Origin: Phoronis australis
Taxonomy: Eukaryota; Animalia; Phoronida
Assembly: GCA_002633005.1 (NCBI GenBank)
Contig: NMRA01000593.1
Span: forward strand, 185,348 to 249,347
DNA: 64,000 nucleotides
Direction: 5' to 3'
A program made the position numbers and the translations under genes. The notes below the pieces were generated by a model, which saw only the letters and a program-made list of their open reading frames with translations, did no database searches and was not told where the DNA came from. The stretch's first letter is position 1; the number at the start of each line of letters is the position of its first letter. Positions 1 to 11,900 of this stretch are shown piece by piece.

Positions 1-170
1 GAAACGCGTTGATTTTCATAAAAACAATTCACAATGCAAAAAATATATTTTCAGATTGAACCCCCCCCCCGCCTCATTTTTTTCAAGTTTGTTTACTTGG
101 GGTTTACACACGTTGGCGGTGCTGTTTTTGTTTTGCTAGAGACGTTTTTTTTTAATTTTTGGGTCCTCGC

Positions 171-220
171 CCGAGGGGGGGTTTAAACCCCCTGAACCCC
201 CCCCCGTAGATCCGCCACTG
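171..220. repeat. Probable right terminus of a non-autonomous DNA transposon/MITE (GC-rich ...CCCCCCCCCGTAGATCCGCCACTG)
   Basis: G/C-run hairpin GGGGGGGTTTAAACCCCC followed by GATCCGCCACTG, a terminus style common in invertebrate MITEs. The matching end would lie upstream of the window. Confidence 0.4.
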
Positions 221-1212
221 GTATTATATGCAGTGTATTGGGGACGATCAGAAGCTGAGGACGCCTGTGGCTAATGCTACTGCTAGCCAGCCATTTACTG
301 ACGTGCTGTCGTACTGGGCTAGGGTACTAGTCGGACGTAGCGGTCTCACTTTAAATCAGTTTGAAAGCTGCAGTTTAACTGGAAGTTAAAGTTGAAGTAG
401 AGATTCGTTTGAGATTTTCATCGTATAGATTCCCGTTTACGAGACACAATGAAATCCTCCTTGCCCTTGGCTTCACTGACCTTCAGTCTTCAGTGCCAGA
501 CTAGTAGAAGTCTGTTTTTATGCGCAATTTTGGGTTAGGAATTTTCCAGAATGCGCTAATTTATGGGTCTAAAGTGACACGTAATAGACAATGAAAACGT
601 AAAATAAAGTTTCTTCACCAGATTTGCCAAATATGGGATTCACTCACCTGTTATCTGAGAAGTACTAGTAGGCACTCTCTTCAAAATGAACCAGGCGTGC
701 GTTCAGTAATGCTAGGACCTACGCTAGGCCCTGCACTAGGAACTAGCTAAAATCTAGCTAAAGTCACGCATTCTCATTTAAATACACGACCATATCTCGC
801 GTAATCTCATAAAGTCTTGCTTTTTAACGAGGTCCTAGCGTTAATGAATGGGAGGCAGGCCATCTCTTGCACTGAAACACGAAGCATGACTAACTCGGCT
901 CAACCAATGGATGGTATTTCCATTACAGTCAGATAAACCAACTCATTTCACTGAAAAACCTTGGAATTGCGTTTACTCTGTAATTTCTCCACAAAAGCAA
1001 AGATACTATATCCCCTATATCCACTATAAAATCTTTGACAAAAGTAAACATTGGCAAATTCCAAGCATGGTTTGATTTGGGTGGAAGTCATAAAATATCT
1101 TTAGGTGAAGTTCCCATTATTTGCAAAAAATTAATCAGCCAGTAAAAAAGTTGACCATTTTTGAGCAAAATATTTGTAAAATTACAGTAACATGTGTTTA
1201 ATTGTACTTTAG

Positions 1213-2756
1213 AGAACATGCCAAAGAACTGGGTAACCCTATACCAGACCAACCTCTGATCTTCATGAAGCCAACCTCTGCTTATATCACAGAAGGGCAA
1301 TGTATAAAGGTGAGTGAGGAATTTTTAAGTTATCACCCAATTTAGAATGCCATGTTCAAACTTGGGTGCATTTTTGTTACTGTGGCGTGATACCACGGTA
1401 CACATGTTATCCACGGATGCATAAGGTATTGATTTTCATTGTCTTGAATTCTTAGAATAGTCTTCGTTTTCTCCTAATGCCAGCCCCTACATTGGGTTGC
1501 ACAATTAGAAAATGGGGGAGGGGACCTTCTCACCAACATTTTCTTGGGCCACCAAACTCAAATTCTTGAGAATGCGATTATTGCTGTCAAGAGAATTTCT
1601 ATTGACAGTTCTAGATTATCTGCTTAAAAAATCGAAAAGCGTTTTTCAGTGTTCTATCTTACTTAATTTTCAACTGCGGAATCTTGTGCATTTGTCAAAC
1701 CTTTTTCTTCTAATTCACCATTTGGTGGATTGTTTTCTTGGAAACCATTGTTAGAAAAGTACTCAGTCATTTGTCACTCTCTTTAGTTGTACTGTTCAAA
1801 TTTTAAAATGTGACTGAAGTCATTGAATGTTTTAACATTTTAGCTCATGGACATATGTCAGAGCTCGGTAACATCATAGAAAGGCCCCAGTGCCTTCTGA
1901 GTAGGGTTTTTTGGTTGAAGGAAAAATCCCCCCTCACCGTCAATTCCTCCCACTTATCGGCATTGTTCATGGGCAATGCCTCAAGTAGCCGATACTGGCA
2001 TTTTTGAGTAAGTGATTTAACCTTGAGGGATTTTTTGTAATCGTTGCAGGGGAATTTTTTAACCTGTTGAGGTGAATTTCATGTGATTTTTAGATATTTT
2101 TATAGGGAAGTGTGGTCAATATTCGGCTTCAAAACTGAGGCATCAAGGGCCATGTATGTGTTCTTCAGGTTTAGCTGTATGATGGGAAACAGCAAGGCGT
2201 TGAAGGAAGTCTGCATTGTCTTAGTGACTTAGGTTTTAATCAGAACAATATTTGAATTTGTTGACAGATACCTCAGGACTCGGAAGAACTTCACCACGAG
2301 GTGGAGCTAGGTATCATCATTGGAAAGTCGGGTGCCAACATTTCTGAGTCGGATGCCATGGACTACGTCGGAGGATACGCCCTTGCTTTGGACATGACAG
2401 ACAGGGTCAGCCAATCGGCTCTGAAGAAAAAAGGTCAGCCATGGACTTGGGCTAAGGGCTTTGACACGTCGTGTCCAGTCAGTGACTTTATTCCCAAAGA
2501 CAAGATAGAGAACCTTAGCAATGTTAACCTGTGGCTTAAAGTAAATGGAGATACGAAACAAGATGGTAATACCTGTGATATGATATTTAGTATTCCTTAT
2601 CTCATCAGCTACGTCAGTAAGAGGTTCCGACTGGAAGAGGGTGATTTATTATTAACAGGCACCCCTGAGGGGGTCTCCGGTGTAAAGGCAGGGGATGTCA
2701 TCGAGGCTGGATTAAGCGATGTCGTCAAGATGAAATTTAAAGTAGAGCCATGGTGA
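1213..2756 (+). CDS. FAHD1: FAHD1 (fumarylacetoacetate hydrolase domain protein 1; acylpyruvase/oxaloacetate decarboxylase), last two coding exons
   Basis: Exon 1213-1309 (EHAKELGNPIPDQPLIFMKPTSAYITEGQCIK; ag/gtgagt) joins in phase to exon 2268-2756 (IPQDSEELHHEVELG...GGYALALDMT...AKGFDTSCPVS...DMIFSIPYLISYVS...EGDLLLTGTPEGV...FKVEPW*). The N-terminal GRNY exon was not found and probably lies upstream of the window. AATAAA near 3173. Confidence 0.93.
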
Positions 2757-4406
2757 ATGCGGTTCTACTCGCAACATTGTCTACTGTTTACGATTTTTAT
2801 TACTGAGCCAAGGTAAAAGTTGTGTACTTGTGAAAATTGGAATTATATATTTATTGGATGAATATTATAATCAGGTACAGGTTTTATTAGGATTTTGGAT
2901 GTTGGGGAAAATCTGGTTTTGAGATTCTTCTTTCATATACTCTGTGACAATATTTTATTTAATATGAATTATAACTTACGAAGTCATGTACATGATGTAT
3001 GACGTTAAGTTTGTTGAATATTTAAATTCTTAGCTATTTGACTCTGTGAAAGCTGTTGTGCTCTGTTGACAAAATGAATGGAGAAAAGATGTGTGCTGTA
3101 AGTTCTCTTTGTCAGGAGCAGGGGTCTGTTCCCGCGTTAGTGTTGAGCTTGGAGCAATAACACTTTGGTTAAAATAAATAGCAATATTGTATAACAATGA
3201 AACTGGACGATTTTTAAAATTTTTTGGCTTCTAAAATTGATTTTGTCGTTGAAAGTTCGTTTAGAATGATTTGTTTCCCGAACACGAAAAAGTTAGCCAA
3301 AACTGAATTATGTAATTGGATTGGGCTTGTTGACCAGTCAGGGCGGTTGTGTTCACCTGGTAAATAACTAGATTGCGAGACGATGGGCAAAAAGACTGTA
3401 AATGCAAACCAATGGACAAAATTGATATTTGGATTTGGAAACTGTTGTCTCAAGTTGAAACTAAATTAAATTGATGTGAAAAATCTGTATGGCTAGGGAA
3501 TCATTCACTCATTTCACAAAACGTGCATTTGGCATCCAAGATGATACCAAGTGATGAAGAAACCCATCCCCAGATGTCACTTCTTTTGTCCCCCCCACTC
3601 GAGATTATACCTGAAAGTCCCAAGTGAGTACACACCTGAGAGAGTAATACACCCATTTGACCATGTGGTTCATACGTGCTAACCCATCCAAAGAGAGAAC
3701 CCCCCAGGTGGTAGGTCTTGTTACAATTAAGGAAGTCTTAAAAGAAACTTTATTTAAGATATAAAAAAGAAATACAACATTATAAGATAACATAAATGAT
3801 GGCATAACCTGAAGACTTCAGAAGCTCGTTGACTTCAGGGTCACAAAAAGCACCAAGTAGACAAATGCAAGCATAGATAAAGTTTGACATGCTTGACAAG
3901 TACACACGAGTCCTTTAAATATGGCAATACTTTGCAACTTATGCACACAATATGGCCAAGTGAAATTCTGTTTTGTTGAATTTCTCCGCAAAAATTAAGA
4001 CATGTTTGCCCATTACAGTCATGGTTTGCAATGTGTGTCATAAAACAAACTTTGCAAAATTTCCCATTATCTTCAAAAAGGTTACCAGTCGTGGCCATTT
4101 TGGCAATTATTTTTGTGCAAAATAAGTTGAATACCACCTCAACAACAACTGTATATATACACATACTTGGGTAGGCCCATGCACTTAGGTCCAACTGAAT
4201 AACAAAATTTTCAAACAAATTTTTGATGGCAAGAGTTTGCAAACAGATGCATGCTCTTACACTTATAGGTATTCAGGTGTTCTATACATATGTATGGAAC
4301 TGGGTGCTCGTGTGCAATTTGTCCATTTTGAGAAATATAAATTTGAAACACATCAACATCTACAGATAAATGAACTTAAAAAGAATCATTAACCTTACAC
4401 ATGTCC

Positions 4407-4603
4407 TATGTTGGTCACATCACATGACCTATGGTTACGTCTGAAAAGATTTCTCCCCTCACCGGGGATCAAACCGGTAACTTCCTGCTATCAGTGCTGC
4501 AGACGCTCTAGTCCACTGAGCTGTCGGGACCACGAGTTAGAGCCCCGGTCAGGGCACAGAAATCTTCAGACTTATCTATAGGTCACGTGATATGACCAAC
4601 ATA
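4407..4603 (-). mobile_element. tRNA-like unit enclosed in nested inverted repeats (copy 1, more degenerate)
   Basis: Outer IR TATGTTGGTCACATCACATGACCTAT (4407-4432) / ATAGGTCACGTGATATGACCAACATA (4578-4603). Inner IR GTCTGAAAAGATTTCT / AGAAATCTTCAGAC. Minus-strand core GGTCCCGACAGCTCAGTGGACTAGAGCGTCTGC...GCAGGAAGTTACCGGTTTGATCCCCGG with A/B-box-like motifs. Confidence 0.75.
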
Positions 4604-5904
4604 CCAACAGGGTGTATAATTCCTCATATCAACATACTGATATATAACAACACAATTGTACTATACTTGAATGTGTTCATCTATTGTAGACAGTGTTCAT
4701 TCTACATATCGAAACTGAAGGGAATGATAGGTAACTAGCCTGCTTTTGATGGGACAGTCTTGCTCTTTAAAGCCATAAAGTATCCCAGTTTTTGACGCAT
4801 GAAACAATATTTATGTAGTGAGAACATTGTGCCAATGTATGGCACCATATTTCCAGAATTTTCAACCCTACGCACCTCTGTTTCTCCATTTCATTTCATA
4901 AAGAAACACATTCCCGCTCGTGCTTTGGCCTGGACCCAGATGTCTCTCTTTTTCATTTTAGAATGTTGACAACTACAATTCCAGTAAAGTCATCTTCCAA
5001 AAGTGGATCCCATTCAATTTCTAGGGGTCTGTAGAAACAGTCTTTACAGTATCAAAGGAAATTCATAATATGAATTCTGGAAAAATGAGACATATCTACT
5101 GGCACATTTTATCAATGGAAGATACAGCAACATAACTAAGAAACGAAACGTACTATTTTGATCTGTTTTATTTTTTGCAACTTTTGAAAATTGACCTATC
5201 ACCTGGATTTTGACTGACGGCTTAAGTGACCAATCAGAACTCAACATTCTTGACACACCTTCGTCTGCGTTTACAAGCCGCCATTTTACCCGACAAACAA
5301 CACGTCAATGACATTTCACAAGGGGCGGAGCTTGCGATAGGTTAACTGTATCCAAGGTAACACACCCATGAACTAGATATGTGGCTTTTTTACTTAAAGG
5401 ACAACAAACCCAGGCTTTCTGTCATGGACTAGCTTTTAATTTAGGCCACTTGCTATCTTAAATCCATCTCATCTCTCTGTCTTTGAGCAGATGGCATTGC
5501 TTTTGAAAAAAATGCGTCTTGAAAAAGTTTATGTTTTTAACATCACAGCGCATATTATTAGACATGAGGCAAAGGTGAAATTGCTCCCTCTAGAGGCCAC
5601 TAATATCCAGTTCCACATCACCTGAGGCTATGTTGTTGCGTGAAAGTCCATTTGGATAAAAAGCTTTATTTCACATACAAATTAATGTACAAGCCCAATT
5701 TTTAGCCTATATGTGGTATAGTGGCTGAACATACGCACCTCTATTTTATGGATATACAGGTATTTGCATTATATGCAAGCAGCAACCCTGGTAAAAAAAT
5801 ATGCTAAATTCACCTTGGTAACGAAATATCAAATAAAAACCTCATTGAAAAAACGGGAACAGTGTAACCAATAATCACTAGCATTGAACTTTTCCTAAAC
5901 ACAA

Positions 5905-8900
5905 CTACCACTGGACAGGAATAAAATCAAATGGTGAACGTGTGTACGTTATGATGTACTCCGGGTAATTTTGCCACCGTTCGAACGTCACGTAAATCGT
6001 AGGACATGATTCATGATCCACAACACTATCATAAAGCGCAGATCCTACGCCATAAGTAAGAGGTGGTGGTCTTTTCAGCTGGGCGTTTCCCTTAGTGTAT
6101 TTACCAGCAAGTACTCGACACACGAACATGACATACCTTTCCGTGCCTTCCCCAGGCCGAGGGGGAGGAATATAGCGAAGGTTTACATCGGATTCCTTGT
6201 TTTCGTGAAACATCGGCCATCCTTGTGGTAAGTTACTATGGTCACAGTGAGTTGGATGCAAGCCAATGTCCGGCACAGGCCAGCCATAATAGTACATAGC
6301 CACTTTGCAACCCGTTTTCTCAAACAACTCCCTGGCTGCAGGATCGTTTGCAATAACATTCGAAACCGAAGAAGAACCACTGGTAAATGCTGAGGCTTGG
6401 GGCAGTATGCTATTTTGAGCCGAGCCAAACAGACTCCGGGTGGAGGAACTGGGTCTATTTCCATATGATACTTGAAGCCCATTACTGGTGATGTTTACAA
6501 AAGGACCATTGTAGGAACTTTGGGTAGAATTATGGTTGTTATGAAAGAGTATTGTTCTGCCTGAATAAACGTTAAATGGTGAAGTTCCGTTGCTGTTCGA
6601 TGGGCCCCAGAATCCAGGAGGTCCATTGCTGTTCGAAGGGCCCCAGAATCCAGGGGGGTTGATAGGAGGGCGGGTGAAAACTGACGCACCACCTTAATGA
6701 AAAAAGAGGAAATCTTGTCAGGATTACACTTTGTGTTACATGAAGGTGTACATTGCATAAATAAGGAGACACAAAAAGGATTTTGAAATCACAGTCCACT
6801 GGATGCATTGAAAAGATGAATTAGATAAGATGAATTAAGCCCTGTCTGCATACTCTAATTTTTCATATAAGACGTTTGAATTGACTGTCATGTGTGACTA
6901 ATCGAGCTAAAAAGTCGTACACAAAGTCTCACAGGACAATCGGTGTGCAAGTCCTATACAGTCATACACCAAAATCTGAGTGTGTAGATAGGATTCCAGT
7001 TGCCTCGTTATTCCTTTAGTTTGGTCAAAGTGCGAGAAAACCCAAACAGGGTAAAGTAATTTTCAAAGTAAACTAGACACACTTTGACTGAACTCTGCCA
7101 AACTTGTGCAAACTTCTTCCCAGAATTATATGACAGCTAGGTCAAAGTTTTGTCACCACAAAACTGCAAAAATCCACAAAATAATCCAAAAGATGTCACT
7201 AGAATAGCATCATGTCATTAATCGCCTCCCTGCATGCATTTGGTGTCGTTCAACAATGTCCACCACTTTGTAATGCGACACCAGAAATTAAAAAATTAAA
7301 CTTCAAAATTCTATATCTAAAAGTCTTCTGAAAATTTGTTTTTGTTGCATAAGGTGAAATGATAATGATAATGATAGAATCTCGGGGGGTTACAGGGACT
7401 ATAAACTTGACGCGCTTTTATCAGCGATTTCAATAGTTCATTACCCACTCGGCTGAGGGGGCAATAAACATGATGATTACGCCTGGTATGGCAATGGAAC
7501 TACCTTTAAGTGAATGATGAGATGCTTTGAACGTCAACACAACAGCGGCATTAAGTTTATACAGTACAGCACTTTTTCGACAAGTGTGTTTAGTTAACCC
7601 AATATATACACAATTAGAAGGTACAGGAAAAGCACAATTGAGTCACATTATAACGTACCTGTCATTTATAACGTTTGATCGCTTCAATATACTCTTTCCA
7701 TAATTCGTTTTTAACGAACACGGATACAGAAGTTGTAACAGTGCTTGTTAGTGGATGGTATAACCACCAAATACCTATGTCGTGGTCGAACTGCCGTTCA
7801 GCATTGCTTGTAATGTGGTGGTCTTAAAAAGTTCTCGATAATTCTTGTGGAAAATAGATGGTAATTTTCAACAACTTAAGTGTCATTTTCCGTCCAACTT
7901 CCTTCCGGATTTTCCCCCATGACTTCCGACAAAAATCATTAACTCTTGAAATTAGCGTCATTATAGAAATCTATGTGCTTGAACACGGTCACCCGTCGCT
8001 CTCCTTTTGAAACGGCAAAAAAGACAAAACTTTACAGTTCACACAAGGCTCACAACACCCACGAGAACCGATTACTTAAAGTACTGTGGCGCTGCGCAAA
8101 TTAAGACTGTTGCAGATTCATAAATTCGTGAAATTTACTTTCTCATGACTTTTAACTCAGGTTTACTGATATTTCACACTAATTTCTGTGTATTTACTTT
8201 ATAGAAATTATAAGCGTACATTAAACACTTAACGGATATATATACAGAAGCGACCTCAGCTAAAGCTTCACCGATATTTACTGAGAGAGCATGTATGGAG
8301 GTCAAAATTTTATGAAGATTTCGAATTTTCTAATAGTTTAAATCCATCAGAAGAGCGAAAAAGTGAAAACAGACATGTTGTTTCGTTAGGCTACTCTTAT
8401 CTTAACACCATCAGCTAATGTGTATTAGCGTGAAATCTCATGTTACCGGCTAAATAAAGGCATGTGGTTGACTCAGGAATTTCGACCGACCCGAAAATGA
8501 GGGGAGGATTTTCGGGCCGGTCTATCACGACCAAAACACATTATGGAAAGATCACCATTTGAGAATAGGTTGCAATGCTTTTGAATGAAGTTTGTATTAC
8601 TAAAAATAACTGGTGAGAATATCTTTAAAACAGCAAAATTGGTGCCTAAAAAGATATTTCGATTGAGTAACAGAAAATAAGTCGCAACTGGTTTGCAAGT
8701 AATGCCAAGGATACTATAAAAGGCTTGACCTTTGGCCTTTTGACCTCTGTACGACTGAACCAACAAACACATAACTAGATCAACATATATATACTAACCA
8801 CTTCCACCCCTGGTTTTTGAGCTGTAACTATGAGACGTAGACGCTGAGGTGGCAAAGTAGGTCCCTGAAAAATGAAAAGTTAAAGACTAAAGAATTTTAA

Positions 8901-11900
8901 AAGCACAAGAAACATATGCTTTCCGTCAAGGACTAAATTTTGATGTTGGTGACTTATTGTTATAAAGTCGGTCTCATTCTGTAAAATGCTCGAATTAGGG
9001 ACAATTTTTAAGATTTGAAAGAACCGACAGTTGGTTATAGTTTCAGACCAGGCTCATTAAGTTACTTGTCACGGCATATTAATTTCAGTGGTCAAGAAAG
9101 TTTGGTCATCGGGTGAATTCCAGGCATTGTAGCCAATTTCAATTCAAACAAAGGATACGAACACCATAATGTTTGCTTTGGCGGAGAGAATTCACCTATG
9201 AAACAAAAAATAGTGCAGGAGGCCTAACACTCATATCACCACATGTTACAATGCTTACAAAACATATTAAAATGACACAGAGTCAATTACAAGTTGTCAC
9301 CTCTTCTCAAATCAGATTTTGGAGAAAAATACAAACAAAAAACTTTATTATCAATTCATGGATTTTTAGAAGAAAATTCTAATGCACAGAAAACTTTATT
9401 CCCTTCAAGTATTAACTTTCATACACACGTCAAAAACACCAGTGAAAGGGTGCACATGTCTTAGCAAAACCTTTGCATGCAGCCAGCGTCGAATACAGGT
9501 AGAAAACAGATTTTTGAAATAACAAAAAACAAATTCAAAAAAGGAATAGATTTTTCATTAAACTTCTTAATTTGTTCCTTAAGTACAAAAATGTGGCATG
9601 TTAAAAATTGAAATTGCGAAGCCCTTTCATCAACTGAACTTGCATCAGATGAGCTATAATTAAAGGTGTATTTCGTCCTGTTCAGCTAAGCTAAAAATGG
9701 AAATATAATGGCATTTCACCCCACATGAAATCAGTCTCATAATATTCCTTATTGTGACATCACTCCATTACCATTACCAAGAAGATCGTCAAAACCATTA
9801 GTGACTCAAGAAAACGTTCTACAGTTTATTGCTGTTGGCCTACCCCAAAATTGTGAATTCGAAAAAGAAACGTGGAGACATTTCCTGTGACCTCTGTTGC
9901 CTGCTCACCTGGCAACAACTCAAAATCGGATGAGCGAGGTCACGTCTTTAAACCTCAAAGTTCTGTGGTTAAGAATCCAACATTGATAGCTAAACAGGAG
10001 CTAATTACATCAAGACAATAACAACAAAGCTTAGAAAAGTGCATCAAACCCACTCTATTACTAGTAATGATAATGTAGCACAGCGCCCCCTCGAGATTGA
10101 ATTTTACCGTGGCCAAAAACAGTTCCGTTGGCATTTCCAGACAGCCGGAAGTCAAGATTCTGTTCACATATGATGTCGATCAGATGTGAGCTGGTGCCAT
10201 GAAACAGGTGTTTTTCGTTCAAGCCTGTGGGGCCATTCTTCTCCAACATCAGATTTTTGTGTCTGTGAATAGGCGCATTAATATACAAATGTATAAAAAT
10301 AACTAATTGTTAATTACTGCATTTGTAGAGGCTCTCTACAGGGAGAATGCCTGACGCAATGTCACATTGTTTAAGCACTTACTGCACATATGTCACATTG
10401 CTAAAACCATTGTATGTAAAGATACCATAGCTCCCAGTAAATGGAAGTATATTCCTTAGAATGTGTGGCTAAGCGGTTTGAGCTCTGGACTCCCGTTTGG
10501 GAGACCCAGGTTCAAATCCTGGCTTCAATCGAGCAAACAATCGAGCATTGCACAAAAGTGTCTCCTACTGCTCTGAGCAAGTTTCGATAAAGAATGTCAT
10601 TGGGAATCCATTCTATTCATTAAACTACTACCAGATATTTCACCAAGAATGGTGCAGACAGTCAACTACACAAAATTTGTCTAATTTCACTCTATCACAC
10701 TCATTGAAAAAGCATAAAATCGTCATTGTGACTCACAACGAGTAACATCGCCACAGATGAGGATTCTCGACCCGTTCAATGGAGGTAATGGTGGCACTCA
10801 TGGTGAGGTAGAACTTAGCGGCGACCTCCTTGTACTCTTGAGAGTCCCCTTCCAGCAGTATTTTCACAAAGCCCTGAAAGCAACAATGGAGGAACATGGA
10901 GTTTTATGAAATAAACGATAAGTAAATTATTTATAATTTGTGGACGGACTTAAAATGAGTTTGGTTCAAGTTTAAGTACATTCATATAATATTCCAGGAT
11001 CCTGGCTGTTAAAAGTGGATGTACGCCACTCAGTATAACCCTATACAGCACACACCAGAAGAAATCTGACAATATTGTGTCTCCATAATGACTGGCCATT
11101 CTACCTACTATGCTGATGAATTGTACTTGCACTGCGCCAGGTAATTCATTTTGCACTCAGCTGACACGACAGGGAATTCTGGGTCATTTTGTCAGATTGC
11201 ATTTGGTGTCTACTATAAATAAGCTGATATCTCCAGAAAGTAATTGCAGATCACAGCACAGCAGTAAAACTAGTTGGCGTTGGAAGGGCAAACAGAGTAA
11301 TGCCACTAAGAAAAACTTGCAAAGAATCAAACAACAACCAACAACATGTGGAACTCCAATGGCACGAAAATGAGGCAGCAAATGTGCCACGAAGATATTT
11401 GCTGCATTGTGGGTAAATACAGCGAGATTTGAGTGTCACAGTGTAATCCTGGACGACCCTATTTAAAGCTGGATTTCATCACACTTAGCTTTCAATGTTG
11501 AATTCTTAACCAAAGTGCTTTGGGGTTTAAAAACATGACCACGTTCATCCAATCTCGAATTGTAGTGGAACAAGTCAGCAACTCAGGGCACAGGCAATGT
11601 GTTCATGTGCCATTTCAAATTCATAATTTTGGGGTTGACCCACTAGAATAAACTCTTATGAATTTTTTGAGTCGCCGATTATTTTAATGTTCTTGTTGGT
11701 GACAGATTGGAATAGAATCATATCACAGTAAAGAATATTGGAAGACTCATTTTATAAGAGTAAAAGTCCTAAACTCAATTTTTGTTTTTTCACAAATGAA
11801 CAGGACAAATTGCAATTTTAAAATTATCTTTCCACTTTCATGGAGCAAAAATTTCTTCAGTTCCATTAAAAGTGATTGCTGCAGCGTACAAGTCCTTGGA

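Noticed and set aside
703-845. Short inverted repeat (TAATGCTAGGACCT / AGGTCCTAGCGTTA) in the presumed FAHD1 intron
   Set aside because: Arms are only ~17-20 bp, with no TSD and no second copy in the window.
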